DNA from: Trypethelium eluteriae
Lineage: Eukaryota
Reading direction: 5' to 3'
Length of the DNA stretch: 53,102 nucleotides
Assembly: GCA_051942245.1 (NCBI GenBank)
Contig: JAVECL010000103.1
Span: 1-53,102, forward strand
Of this stretch, positions 23,711 through 35,364 are shown in pieces. Numbering within the stretch: position 1 is the stretch's first letter; every line of letters begins with the position of its first letter. The translations under genes and the position numbers were made by a program. The notes under the pieces were generated by a model. That model did not search any database and had not been told where the DNA came from. It was given only the letters and a program-made list of their open reading frames with translations.

Positions 23711-25511
23711 CTAATTGTCAGTCTTACGTTTCTGTCGATGAGATCGGTGCGACTTTGATGATGATGGGCGCTTCGCCGGCGGAAGCCTCAGTGATTCTTC
23801 TTCTCCTTCCACGGACGATTCGCTTTCCTCCTCGTCCTCGCCCGGTGTGCTGAGGATTTGGCTGGTACCGCGGTCAAAGCTAGGCTTCGTGTTCGACGAT
23901 TCGACCTCTGCCTCATCATCAACCGTACCCTCCGCCTCTTTTTCCGTTTCCTCTTCCTCTTCCTCCTTCGCTTCCTCTTCCCCTCCCTCTCTCTCTTCCT
24001 CCTCCCCTTCGCTTCCGCCGCCGTCCTCTTTTCCAGTCTCATCTTCGATTGTTTGATCCGCCACGTCGCTCGCGTACCCAATTGCGGCGTTCCTTTGCTC
24101 CCTTGTCAGGTCCAGAGCATTCTTGAACGCGGTAGCTCCTTGGAGAAAGGCGTCCTTGTTGCCGGCCATGCTCCAAGTATTCAGTTGATGCATGTAATAC
24201 TCCGGCCTTGTCCCTGGGCCGTTTGGTTGAGCAACCCAGTGGTTATATAGCTTGAGCGTCCCTTCATGGTAGGTTGCTGAAATGGTATAGGCGTGGTTGT
24301 CGTAGACCGGTTCGCTCCGCCCGTACGAACGAAGACTCTGCATAGCTCTCGCCCCTATCGCACCATCATGGCAAACCTGGCGTTTGGCCGCCGCGCCAGA
24401 CCCATCCGGCCCCTTTGCCTCCAGAAAGAAGTTCGGCACGGCGGGGAGGTGAGCGTGTTTTGAAGGGATAATATGTTTGCTGAGCTCATTACAAACGCGT
24501 GGATTGATCTGCTCGGGCTGTGCGCCATAGTAGTAATCCGGTTTGGCCTGCGTGATGTTATCCGTAATCGGATCGATATTAGTAAACAAAATGTTTTTTT
24601 GAGCCCCCGCCGAAGCACCTATGGCTTGCAGCATTGCAGGAAGTACTGTGTCTTTAACTGCATCCTCATTGAACGCATCCGCATCCGCTTCCTCGAATTT
24701 TTGGTAAGCTTCCTCCGGGAATGCAGAAGGAGAAAGGGATGGCCGACGCTGCGCTAATCTTTTGCAGGTCTCGTCCCAATTGGGGGGTAATGGCGGGCGG
24801 TTGCCGTCCGGATACTTGTATCCATATGGAAAGACGCCATCGTCAATGAGCTTCTGCTGATAGTTGGCATCGTTAGGATTAGAGGTCGTGGTGCTTTTGC
24901 CTTTCCCACTTGTAGATTGCTCAACTAAAGTTCTTTTGACGGTTCTGATCCTCGAGTTAGACGGGCCATGATTCCGATGCGAAATCGATCGGCTTGAGCT
25001 CATCTTGCGATTGAGAGGGGTAGGTTCAGGATACTGAGCAGTGCGGTTAGTTTCGGCGCTATACGCAAGGAAGCATCGTAGCACTTACGCCAACGAGATC
25101 CGATAAGCCTGGACCACCGTGCCGGGCGAATCGCTTGACGTCCCTCCAACGGCCCGGTGCAGAGTTGCGAAGAAAGTCGGCGGCGGATATGGGCTTACGA
25201 ACGTTCCTCTGCTCAGTCAGGAAATTCCGAGTAATCGGTCTGTGGGATTGACGGCCGGGAGAACGTGGTCGACTGTTCCTTCGGTCGAACTCTCTCAAGG
25301 CGTGTTTGGTCAACCAGACCTTCGATAAGCTGTCCCAAAATGCTGGTGTGCTGACGTATCCTGGAGAGTGATGTGAGGGCTCCTTCTGCCTCCTGGATGA
25401 AGACGAATTAGAAAGTTGAGGCTCGGGCATGTAGGAAGCATTGATGACAGGTTCGTGGTGAGCCCTCAGAGCAGCAGAAGACCTCCTGTCGTAACCAACG
25501 CGCCGCGCCAT
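23711..25511 (-). CDS. PD-(D/E)xK nuclease-like protein of a multicopy fungal family, with acidic tail, about 581 aa
   Basis: join(25511..25089,25033..23711), intron 25034-25088 (GTAAGT..CTAAC..CAG); alternative start at 25430. N-terminal FWDSLSKVWLT..LREFDRR..KRFARHGGP..SDL; core AKPDYYYG..PNFFLEAKGPDG..Q.CHDGAIGARAM; Glu-rich tail and basic end. Confidence 0.8.
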
Positions 25512-25623
25512 AGTCAAAGACGTCTATTGGGTGTATGGAGATCCTCCGTTTGCCATCGACGGCTAGCAGAGACGGTGAGGACAAAGTTTGGGGTGGGAAC
25601 CAGCCACCTGGCAGAGCAGCCCA

Positions 25624-25890
25624 TGCATGTATCTCCGTTTGCAGATTAAGACACGCGAAATCCCTTTGGATTGTAGGGCGGGAGTGGTTTTGGAACTCTC
25701 AATGGATCGCACCCTAGTCCGAATTAGCTACGCTGATTCATTTAGATCGCCTCTGCATGCAGTGAATCGTTTGCAGGTGGAAACACGCAGAACTCCCCCA
25801 TTCCAGGCGCAGCGACGCTGTGTAACGCGTTCTGCCTCAGCGGATCGCACCCTAGTGCGGATTAGCCACGCTATTTGAGATTGCCTCTGG
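25624..25890. repeat. Degenerate about 138-bp tandem duplication upstream of the PD-(D/E)xK gene
   Basis: GGATCGCACCCTAGT(C/G)CG(A/G)ATTAGC(T/C)ACGCT at 25704 and 25842 (28/31 identical); weaker similarity TGCATG..CGTTTGCAG..ACACGC at about 25624 and 25754. Confidence 0.75.
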
Positions 25891-27081
25891 ATACAGTTGA
25901 TGCAGTTATTCGCCAGTAAACATTTCTTTGTGGTGTTCTACACGAATATCCTTTGTCCGGCCACCAGAGGTTGTTGCGCACGGACATTTTTGCATAGAGA
26001 TTACTCTAGGCTCGAAACAGAACACGGCGCGCATTCAGTAGAGCTGCTCAGAGGTATTCATTTTGAACGAGAGTGGTGTATTTTGAAGAACTCATCAGGG
26101 CAGTTCAGATGATAAACCACGTGACGAAATTCAGGGAGAATTGATGGACTTGTTCGCGAGGTAGGCCATGATGGAGTTCGTTGGCTGGGTTTTTATCCAG
26201 GAAAGGAAAGAAAGTAAAGAAGGCACAGTTGATTGAAATGCATGACTTCAAAATTCACGAGGCTGTAGGAATTGAGGTGAACCGGATGAGGGCGTCGAGA
26301 TTCTGGTCGAGGTGGCCAACTTCACTATGACGAAGAGCAATCGGATGACTTCGAGGAGTTGCCAATTTACCGGCAAGGCCGTTCATTCCGCTACACATGG
26401 TGGAGGTCGAGAAGGAGCGTCCTGTGAGATTAGGGTAAAGAAGAGGTACAAACCTACGCGCACGAATAGAGGCGACGATGCCGATGATGAATCCTCACTG
26501 CTGATGCTTCCTTCAGAAATAGACGCTACATTGCAGTCGCTCCTTTTGAGTGCAGAGGCGTTGTACGGCGATGCAGAGAAACCATTTGCCATCTCGTCCA
26601 ACTTGTTCTGAATATGTTCGGAATGGGATGAAGCTAAGTTTGGACATGATGGCTTTTGATGTGAAGGGCATGCTGTAGAAAACGCTACGGCCGTCGAGAG
26701 TGACCATAAGCTGGCGTCCCAATGCGTTCAGAACATATTTAGAACATGTTCTACTTGCTACGAGCTGAGCTGGGCGGCGATACTGCCTCAACAACAGGCT
26801 TTACCGTCAGACTTGGGTACAGAATAGGAAAATCTGATTGAATCGAAGTGAATTCGTTAGTTATATACAGTGAGGTTATTAGGCATTAGCAAGAGCGCTC
26901 CTACGATAGCGCTAGGAAAAGCCTATGCGACCTTGAGGTCGACGCAGTATCCCCCATCACTCATGGAGACGGTTGGTATATCCAAAGATCCAGGCCATCA
27001 GATCCGTAGCGCATGTCCATTTTCTAGCCCCATAGACGCCACAGGCAGTGCGTCACGGTGTGAAAAGATATTCATAGAAAT

Positions 27082-29506
27082 TCAATCCACGACCTCCTTC
27101 ACAGGCAGTATCCCTGGGCTCCGCAACTTCGTCGGACTTCCGGGGCGACTAACCCTGAATGTATTCGGCGCCAGTGTAAGCTTCTCCTTACTCTCTGATC
27201 GACTACTCAGCCCGCTCTTTTCGAACGCGTTCTGGCTCAGTCCCAAGCCAAGTCTGGGAGTCATGCCAGCAGGGACAGGGCCGCTGGCGGGCCCAGCAAG
27301 AGGACTGAATCCATCGGAGTACATCTGCGCCGTGCCTGGCGTTGCTTTTGTTTGAATTTGAGGCGTAGCCAAGCCAGAAGTTCGAGCAGCTTTACTACTC
27401 TCACTATCGTCGCTGAAGTTCTCGAAGTCCTCAGGTGGGAGAGGCGAGAGACGGAGATCTTCCATTTCCTCTCCGTTCTCAAGAACGCGCTCGTAGCTGG
27501 GACTACCGCTGCCTGGAAAAAGCTTACTAGCCAGTCCTCTCCGCCGTTTCGAGAATGTGCCACTTCGTCGGGCAGGGCGTGTGGCGGTCCGTCTGAAGCG
27601 CTTGGGGATGATCTTTCGCCAGAAAGATGTGCGGCGATCGCGACCACAAAGAAGGAAAACAATGAGGCAAAGGATGAGCATGAAGAAGATGAAGCCGGGG
27701 ATTCTGCGGGAAGAGTTAGAGTGGAAAAGCGTGTCAAGCCAGTCGCCATCATCGTCTCCAGCTGGACCATCATAGTTGTCGGTAAGGTCATTGGGAAGAT
27801 TGAGAGGGTTGCCACCCGAGAATTGGAAAGCAGTTGCGACACCAGCGCGCGTATTTGTACCAAAGCCAACAGCATTAGAAGCGTCAAGAGTCTGGGAGCC
27901 AGAAGATGTTGAGGTATTTGGTGGGATTTGCGACGCGGCGTAGAGAACCATCTTGCCCAAAGTCCATGATACTTCTGTGCCATGAATCTTGTTAATAGGT
28001 TGAAAAGGATCAAGGAAACCTTTATCTTTCGCCTTGTCGATAACGTCCTTGGTCCCATTGACGCCAGAATGTTGAACGTCTTCGAGACCAAGGCGAGGAA
28101 TACCGATTCCATTGTGCAGCATATTTATCAGCCAGGACGCTTTGAAGCAGGCATGCGCAGCCGTAGATTCATCGACCTTCTTGCCCCAGCTTTGCTTGGA
28201 TATACCCCTCTCGATGGCTGTCCAATCTTTACTGCAAAAGTCCAGCACTCGATTTTGATAGGTATGAAGATCATAGGCCTTGTCTGCTTTGTCCATCTCA
28301 AAAATCTCGTGCGTCGTATGCCAATACTCGGAGACGCCGACGAAGTGATTAACATCGAAATCGATTGTTGGTACGTGAGCGCCGTTGACTAGACAAGGTT
28401 CGTTGGGACATGGGACGTCCTTTTCTAGCAGAGGATAGGTCCTCCTCAGACATTCCTCCCATTGCCCTGTACCGATCAAAGGTGATCGCACTCCTTCGTC
28501 CTCCGCAGATCCAGGCTCAATGACATCGCCATTCTTCTTTACCCTCAGTCCTGCAGGAAGGCAAGGATCCGGCAGTTCCTGAGCGTCTGGGCTTGCGTCT
28601 TCCAGTTCTTTTACATATCTTTCCCTGGCCTGATTTGCACCAAATCCAAGCCAGGTGGTTGTGAAGACCTTGTATTCAGATGCCGCACCGTCTATTGTCC
28701 GCATTCTTAGGAGCTTCAGGTCCTCGGCGTGCTTTTCCGTTTCCGTTTGATTCGGGGCAAAGGCAATCTGTGCCGATGCTCCTCCCATATCTAAAAATCC
28801 GTATGTGTGGTGATCTTTTCCATGGTCATGAGAGTCAGGCTGATCGAATCCTCCGAGAAGGTAATTCGCTGCGATCCAACCATAAAGACCTTCGGTATCA
28901 CCGGGAATCACCTGAATATGCAGGTCGCAATCGGGTAGGATGAAATTGGTGGTAGCACGGGTATATGCGCATATACTTTGCAGTACGGCTTTCTGCTGTG
29001 ATTCTGGTAGTAGTCGCATGCCAGCTGTGGCAAGAAGAAAGATTGGCGTATTTTCCACCTCCTGTTCGGGAATGTACTCGACTGCATGTGCGAGAAGAGG
29101 AGCCAGGTGTTCTTTGCCAACCAAAGCTGCCTTATCGCCGAAGGTTGAGATACCTACAAGAGGGATCGCGTTAGCATTGTCGCATTCGATTTGCTCCTCG
29201 GATGCACTTTGTACCTGGCTTAGACTTTTTGATCCATTTCTTCTTTGTTTCTATGCGCGGTAGGGAGTGAAGGTCCTCTGCGCTGGCATCTTGTCGGGCT
29301 CGAGCGTTGTTGAGCCATCGGTAGATATGTAACCGAGTCCCCTGAAAGGCTGTCAGTCTGGAAAATCAAGAGAAAAAAAAGCGACTGTTTTGCAATGAAC
29401 ATACAGATGAGCCCGCGTCAAGAATGACACCATATCTCCCTAAATAAAAATAAAATTAGTGGTTGTTCAAGTAGTGCAGGCACGCAGGGTCCTTACACTT
29501 CCCCAT
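27082..29506 (-). CDS. YND1: Golgi apyrase / nucleoside diphosphatase (GDA1/CD39 family, Ynd1-type)
   Basis: Three short 5' exons splice to MGKWRYGVILDAGSSGTRLHIYRW; apyrase conserved regions ATAGMR, EGLYGWIAANY, DMGGASAQ and SWTLG; single C-terminal TM with cytosolic tail typical of Ynd1. Confidence 0.9.
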
Positions 29507-30355
29507 TGCAGTTCACGAGGAACGAACGCCAGCGTTCAACAATTACGAAGACATACGAGGAGAGGTCAAAATGGTACAATGGTGAAGAAAGGCGGACGGC
29601 GGATTCACAGGTGAGGCCGAACGAACAGAACAGGTGCAAGCGAGTGACAGGCAATCAGATGAAAGCGTAAGGGACAGATATCGCAGGTGATAACAGCGTT
29701 GAAGGGTGGTCGATGGGGTGATTGCGCGGCCCTGGTCTTGGCATCCCGGCTGCGGCGCCGCCCATCTGCAGCTACATCATCTTGGTCCAAGCTCATGCGA
29801 CGTTACCTCCGTTACAGGAATAACTTGAGCACTTCTTGAATCATCATTGACCAATCTCTGATCTTCGCTGCTACTTTACTCCGTATGCATGCACCTTCCA
29901 ATGTGGGCCGCTGTGCCTCATCTGCGGTCGCCTAACGGACTCCTCCGCAAGTGCGCTTCTAGCCCCTACATTTATGGCCTCGTACGCCTCCTAGGCCCCC
30001 CTACCTCAGCTTACTTGCCTTACGGTCGCTGTGCGATACATTTCTATCACTCGCGTAAAATTACATCAGCTCTCTGCCCAAATACGGAGGTACAGAAGGT
30101 AACTATCCATGTCACCATTGAACTTCAAGTTCTTTGACGGCATGACTGAGCTCAACTCTGAATCACGGTACGGAGGTACAGGTGTCACAAATCTCAGACA
30201 TGCTTCCACTGTTTCCCATCGCATATTTTTTTCACCGCCGCCAGCTCTTCGCCTTGCTCGAATTCTGACTTTGATTCTATCATTTTCTCTATTTTGCTGA
30301 CCACACTGACAACTTTCACTTGGTTGCTTACAACTTACCCGCTTCAGAAATTAGT

Positions 30356-30851
30356 ATGTACATCACCCGGCCATTTCTCGTCTTCGGCCTCGGACTCTTC
30401 ATCCTTGAGTCCATTGCCGTTTTTGGTTTTACCATTGTAGGACTATGGCAGGTGCCCCACATCATTACCAGATCGGTTTGTGATTGTGGCGAAGCTGTCT
30501 ATGCAGGCCCTGGTGGCGCTTCAGGAATCGCTCCAGGCTCTCCAGCATGGGAGAATCCGAGAGCAAGTTCAGAAATATCCTTCTCTGCCCTTAGCATCAT
30601 TTCACCGAGCCCGACGAGTCTCTCTACGGTGACAGACAGGAAGCTTGAAGCTTCAGCAAGCACGTCATCAATACAATCATCACGGAACTGACGTCAGCTG
30701 TTACAAGCTCGTTGCCCGAGAATGTTGCAAGGCCTGGGTACACAAGGTACTCCGTACTCCATTCTTTCAAATGAATGGTGTCGGTCAGGTCGGATGCCGT
30801 ATCCACCCAAGTCTGGATTGTGCAAACAACCTAAACTATACGCAGGGTTAA
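30356..30851 (+). CDS. Small hydrophobic-N-terminus, Ser-rich hypothetical protein; possible frameshifted Cys-rich C-terminus
   Basis: MYITRPFLVFGLGLFILESIAVFGFTIVGLW then a Ser/Pro-rich stretch to a stop at 30691; an overlapping frame continues SCYKLVARECCKAW..GC...LDC to 30851. Confidence 0.35.
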
Positions 30852-31266
30852 GGTGGGTAAATGGTGTACAGAAATAGTATTTACAGTATTTCATTGAGTA
30901 CTTTGTATTTACTGGTCGATGCTTATCCACGCTGTGCTTGTATTTGCTTCAGAAGTTCAACATTGCCAGATGATTGCTCTAAGCATGGCTTAACATGAGC
31001 TTCTGCAAATCTTGAATAGTGAGTTCGAGAACCGGCCAGCATTTTGCATTACCACAAAACTTGAATAGCGCAGTATTTTCGCGAAAGCTTACAGCCTCAT
31101 TGATGAACGATTTATAGGCAAGATGATCTCGGGTATAGTTTCATCGACTTTCCATTCAAAAATTAAGCTAAATCTAGCTCTATCTCTTCTCGAGCAATCT
31201 ATGGGTATCATTTAGGCATTAATGCATCGTCAAGATCATTAGAGTTCGAATCACCCCTCCCGCATT

Positions 31267-32097
31267 TTAATCATCCAGCAGAAATCGCAAGAATGCCTGG
31301 GACACTACAACGCCATCGTGGTTCTTCCCAACCCTGTCCATGCCATCCTTAAACATAATGTCGTCGAACACACCAACGTGATGTCGGGAATTTAGCAGCT
31401 CCGTAACTATGTCCTGGTTGAATTCCGGATGCCCTTGCACAGCTATGACCTTATTCTTCTTGTACATTCCTTGCACGAAGCAGCGTGGGGAGCTGCCAAG
31501 CTTCTCAACATCGTCTGGGTACTCAAGGATGATATCTCGGTGCATTTGATGCAAGCTCTGCCATTAATATTAACAATTGCGCTCAGATAGGGAAGCTAGC
31601 TGGAGAGTGAAGCTTACCATTGTCTTCCCATCAACCTTGAAAATCTCCATCCCCCGATCTGTTAATTCCATAGGCGTCACGCTGATTTCCCAGCCGGCAT
31701 AACTTCTGTCCACCTTCATTCCTAAAGCCCTCCCGACTATCTGATGTCCAAAACACACTCCTATCACCCGCACCCGTTCTTGCTCCTCCAGCACCTTGCG
31801 TGTGAACTCGACGAGCTTTACGATCCATGGATGGTTATCAAAGGCATTCTGCCTCGAACCAGTAAGCAAGATCGCATCGATGTCGTCCAGTGAAGGATAT
31901 TGCTCAGCATTGACAACGTCGAAATTGGTCAATTCAAGTCCGTGGTGCGGGAGCGAAGAAAGTCTGGGATCGTTTAGAGCAATGGCCCCAGCTTCGAGGA
32001 GCGCTTTGAAGACCCCGCCATAGCCACCGTATTTGTGGCGCGTTTGGTCGAGAGGTGTATCGCATTCGAGAACGGCGATGCGGAGAGGCGGTTTCAT
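31267..32097 (-). CDS. Class I glutamine amidotransferase-like protein (yeast YLR126C-like)
   Basis: join(32097..31618,31557..31267). RIAVLECD, LLTGSR, nucleophile elbow GVCFGHQ, HQMHRD, and QGHPEF (His-x-Glu of the triad). Confidence 0.9.
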
Positions 32098-32563
32098 CCT
32101 GATCGGATTTTCACACTCAAGGTACTAGGTAGATTTGGAAGACACGAGATAAGTTGCGATTGCCCAATCGTGAATGAGAGGATGTCACGAGAATGACCGA
32201 AGAGAGTAAATCACCCAATACATTAGGTTCCTGTAGGAACCTTGAGGTTGGTAAGATAGCTTCTCTTCATTCACTGGTACTGGTTACCTCAATTCCATGT
32301 TATCGATTACGGCTATCACCGGAATTGAGTACCCTAACAGGCACTCGAAGGGAACGCTAATCTCAACAGCTCTGTTCATTGGCCGATCCATTGAAGACCT
32401 CCACAACAATTGTCATCACGGATCTCTTTTCGTCTCGATCATTTTAGCATGCTGCAGCGGAGCGTGGGGATGCATTTACCGCCCTGAAATATAGAAGCTC
32501 CTTCCCCCACATCTGCACTGTGTTACGATTTCCGGAGTTCCCTCACGGACTAATGGTGTCGCA

Positions 32564-34378
32564 ATGAGTAACTTGCGAAGCACGAGAATACACGATGATG
32601 AGAGGACGCCACTTCTGGGCCGAGGAAATTTTCGCGAGCACTTTGGTGAGGACCATCGGAATGGGTTTCTCGTCGAGAGAGCAGCATCACCAGATTTTGC
32701 CAACGTTGTAGAGGGCCGCCTTGCTGTACAGCCAATACCTGAGCCTGCTCAAGCCAAAGCTGACTACGGAAGCAGCCAAGCTAGTCAAGAGCCTCGAAAT
32801 GGTGTTTCCCAAGATGATGTCCGCAAAAGGAAGAATCCTTACATGGGCGGCGTTGGGATTACGCAATTCTGGGTTGCATTTATCTCCATCTGCCTTCAGA
32901 TTCTAATCACCAACTTCGATTCTACGTTAATGGCTTCTAGTCATCCCGTTATTACTTCCTATTTCAATGCTTCAAATGCAGCGGCATGGCTCTCTACTGC
33001 GTTTCTGTTGACATCAACCGCTTTTCAACCTCTTTTCGGCCGCGTGTCAGACACCATTGGTCGCAAATGGCTACATCTTGCGTCTCTCTTTGTTTTCGGG
33101 TTGGCCACGACTGGTTGTGCTCTTGCTCCAACTATTGGTATCTTCATCGCGGGTAGAGCTGTTGCTGGACTAGCAGGAGGAGGCGTTACGGCGATGGGTT
33201 CAATCATGATTAACGATATGGTTCCAATCGAGATACGAGGAGTGTTTCAGTCCTACTTAAACTTGTTCTTTGGAGCTGGATCTGCTGCAGGAGCTGCGTT
33301 TGGAGGATTCCTGTGTGACAGACTAGGTTGGCGCTGGACCTTTGGAATGCAGGTTCCGGTCATTGCACTTGTTATGATTCTCTCTGCCTTTACGATACCA
33401 TCTTCCCTGGGGCCACATTTGGCTCGAAATAGCGACAAAACTGCGAGGCAGCTCATCGCCAGCTTCGATATTACGGGCTCCATCCTGTTGACACTCACTG
33501 TAGGGCTTCTCATCTTGGGTCTGAACGTCGGCGGTGCCATATTACCTTGGAATCATCCCCTTGTTATTACTTCGCTAGTTTTGGCACTTGTTAGTATTCC
33601 CTTCCTCGGATATGCAGAAAAGCGTGCAGAGCGTGCTGTCATGCCCCTATGGATCTTATCCCGCCCTCCACATGCGAACCTTGTCCTATCGAACTTCTTC
33701 TCTATGGTGGGGATCAACACAATACTCTTCAATGCCCCACTATTCTTTCAGGCCGTCCTCCTCGATACACCCAGTATGTCAGGCTTTCGCCTCACCGCAC
33801 CATGGATAGCAGCTACTGTCTGTGGTGTTTCAGCAGGCTTCATAATGACAGCAACCCGACGCATGAAACCTCTATTGGTAATTGGGAGCTTTTCCATGTT
33901 GATCGGAGCAGTCCTATTGACAGCAATGTGGCCTACAATTCCCCCTTGGCTTGCAACGACATTTCTGATACCTCCAAATATTGGCCAAGGTCTGGCATTT
34001 CCCGCCACAAGCCTGGCTGTCTTGGCAACCTGCAAGCAGGAAGATCAGGCCGTCGTCACGTCTACTCTGATACTTAATCGCAGCCTAGGCACCGTTCTCG
34101 GCGTTTCGGTGAGTAGTCTAATTGTTCAAAATGCCCTATGGCAATTGCTGGAGCAGAATGTCACCGGCGAAGGGAGAGAGGAAGTCATCAAATTAGCCAG
34201 GAAGAGCGTCGAGGCTATCAGGGACTTGAAGGGGATACATCAAAAAGAGGTTATTGAAGCCTACCGTCAAACACTTACGCTAACATTTGGGTCCGCCATT
34301 GTCGTTTTTTTGGTTGTAGTAGGTTTATTATCGGTCATCAAGTTGCCAAGACTAGGGAAGCAGGGAGAGGCGAAGTGA
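32564..34378 (+). CDS. MFS transporter, 14-TM DHA2 / vacuolar basic amino acid transporter-like, 604 aa
   Basis: Intronless ORF with FDSTLMAS, WLSTAFLL..QPLFGRVSDTIGRK (MFS motif A), GRAVAGLAGGG, GWRWTFGMQVP and many hydrophobic segments. Confidence 0.9.
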   Translation: MSNLRSTRIHDDERTPLLGRGNFREHFGEDHRNGFLVERAASPDFANVVEGRLAVQPIPEPAQAKADYGSSQASQEPRNGVSQDDVRKRKNPYMGGVGITQFWVAFISICLQILITNFDSTLMASSHPVITSYFNASNAAAWLSTAFLLTSTAFQPLFGRVSDTIGRKWLHLASLFVFGLATTGCALAPTIGIFIAGRAVAGLAGGGVTAMGSIMINDMVPIEIRGVFQSYLNLFFGAGSAAGAAFGGFLCDRLGWRWTFGMQVPVIALVMILSAFTIPSSLGPHLARNSDKTARQLIASFDITGSILLTLTVGLLILGLNVGGAILPWNHPLVITSLVLALVSIPFLGYAEKRAERAVMPLWILSRPPHANLVLSNFFSMVGINTILFNAPLFFQAVLLDTPSMSGFRLTAPWIAATVCGVSAGFIMTATRRMKPLLVIGSFSMLIGAVLLTAMWPTIPPWLATTFLIPPNIGQGLAFPATSLAVLATCKQEDQAVVTSTLILNRSLGTVLGVSVSSLIVQNALWQLLEQNVTGEGREEVIKLARKSVEAIRDLKGIHQKEVIEAYRQTLTLTFGSAIVVFLVVVGLLSVIKLPRLGKQGEAK

Positions 34379-35364
34379 GAGGGTCACGGTGCAGCTTTGT
34401 CAACACAGCAGCTAGAATAAGCAAATTAACGATAGAATGTTCCAGACGGATCGGGCTTATCTTAGCCATGCGCACAGTACCGTTCTCAGTTTAGAAGCTA
34501 ATCTCATATTCCTGGACCTTTGGCTTTGAAAGCCGTCTCCACATCAATTATTGGTCCCAGTCGATCGGACGAGAGAGCATTGTGGGACCTCAGACCCTGG
34601 TGAAGCACGGACTGCTGATCGGAACTGCGGCCAAGTCACTGCCAACAGCGATGAGTGGTGCAGCCTCTTCTCGAGTTGGGGGAGAAACAGCCACAGCAGG
34701 ATGACTCCGACGAATCAGTGGGTCCCGGCATGGTGTGCGCGCTCATAGAAGCGCTGAGCTGCGTTGAAGAAGCCTTTTGAGGTATGTATGATCTTTCCTT
34801 GATCCCAACAAACTTTCAGATGTCAGTTAGATGAGATCGGTGTGTGAGCAAACAACGCATGTAGATAGGTATCTCATTACCCCATATCCCGATGACTGCC
34901 TACATGTGGAATCAAGGTTTCGGACGGATCTCCCATAGCAAGCATCCACATGTACACGGCACCAGGCGGTAAGATTGTCCAGCGTCACCTGAGCTTCCTA
35001 TTCCGAACATTGTGCCACTTCATCCAGTATCTATATCAGCGCTGGGCTCGCAATCGCTACAAGCTGGACAGTTGTCTCTGATTTCTCACGAAGAATAAGT
35101 CCACGTTACGGGTCTAGCTTCACCACAACTGACATCGTCTACCTTAGCCTCATTGGTAGGCGAGCTTTTTTGGCCAGCTAAGAACGACTGCAATAACGAA
35201 GCTGAAAGCTGTCAAAAAGAGAAAAATTTGGCACATCCCGCTGCTTCAGTATCCCAACCTCCAAAGTCGACTCGGAAGGATACTCACCTGTCGGACAAAT
35301 CAACCAATATCAAACCAAATGACAGTCCTGTCTAAAAGCTTTCACAAAAATCCAAATCTTATGG

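Noticed and set aside
1..26700. Starship giant transposon
   Set aside because: The cargo-like content (NLR, glycan genes, nuclease) is suggestive, but no DUF3435 tyrosine-recombinase captain or boundary is visible in the window; it cannot be called without flanking sequence.
26312..26794. Possible decayed gene (SSLLMLPSEI resembles an F-box-like start)
   Set aside because: Similarity is limited to a few residues and the frames are broken; not supportable without a search.
27082..29506. YND1 apyrase as part of the glycan cluster (it supplies NMP for nucleotide-sugar antiport)
   Set aside because: Functionally compatible, but it is 17 kb away, outside the bracketing motifs, and a normal housekeeping gene.
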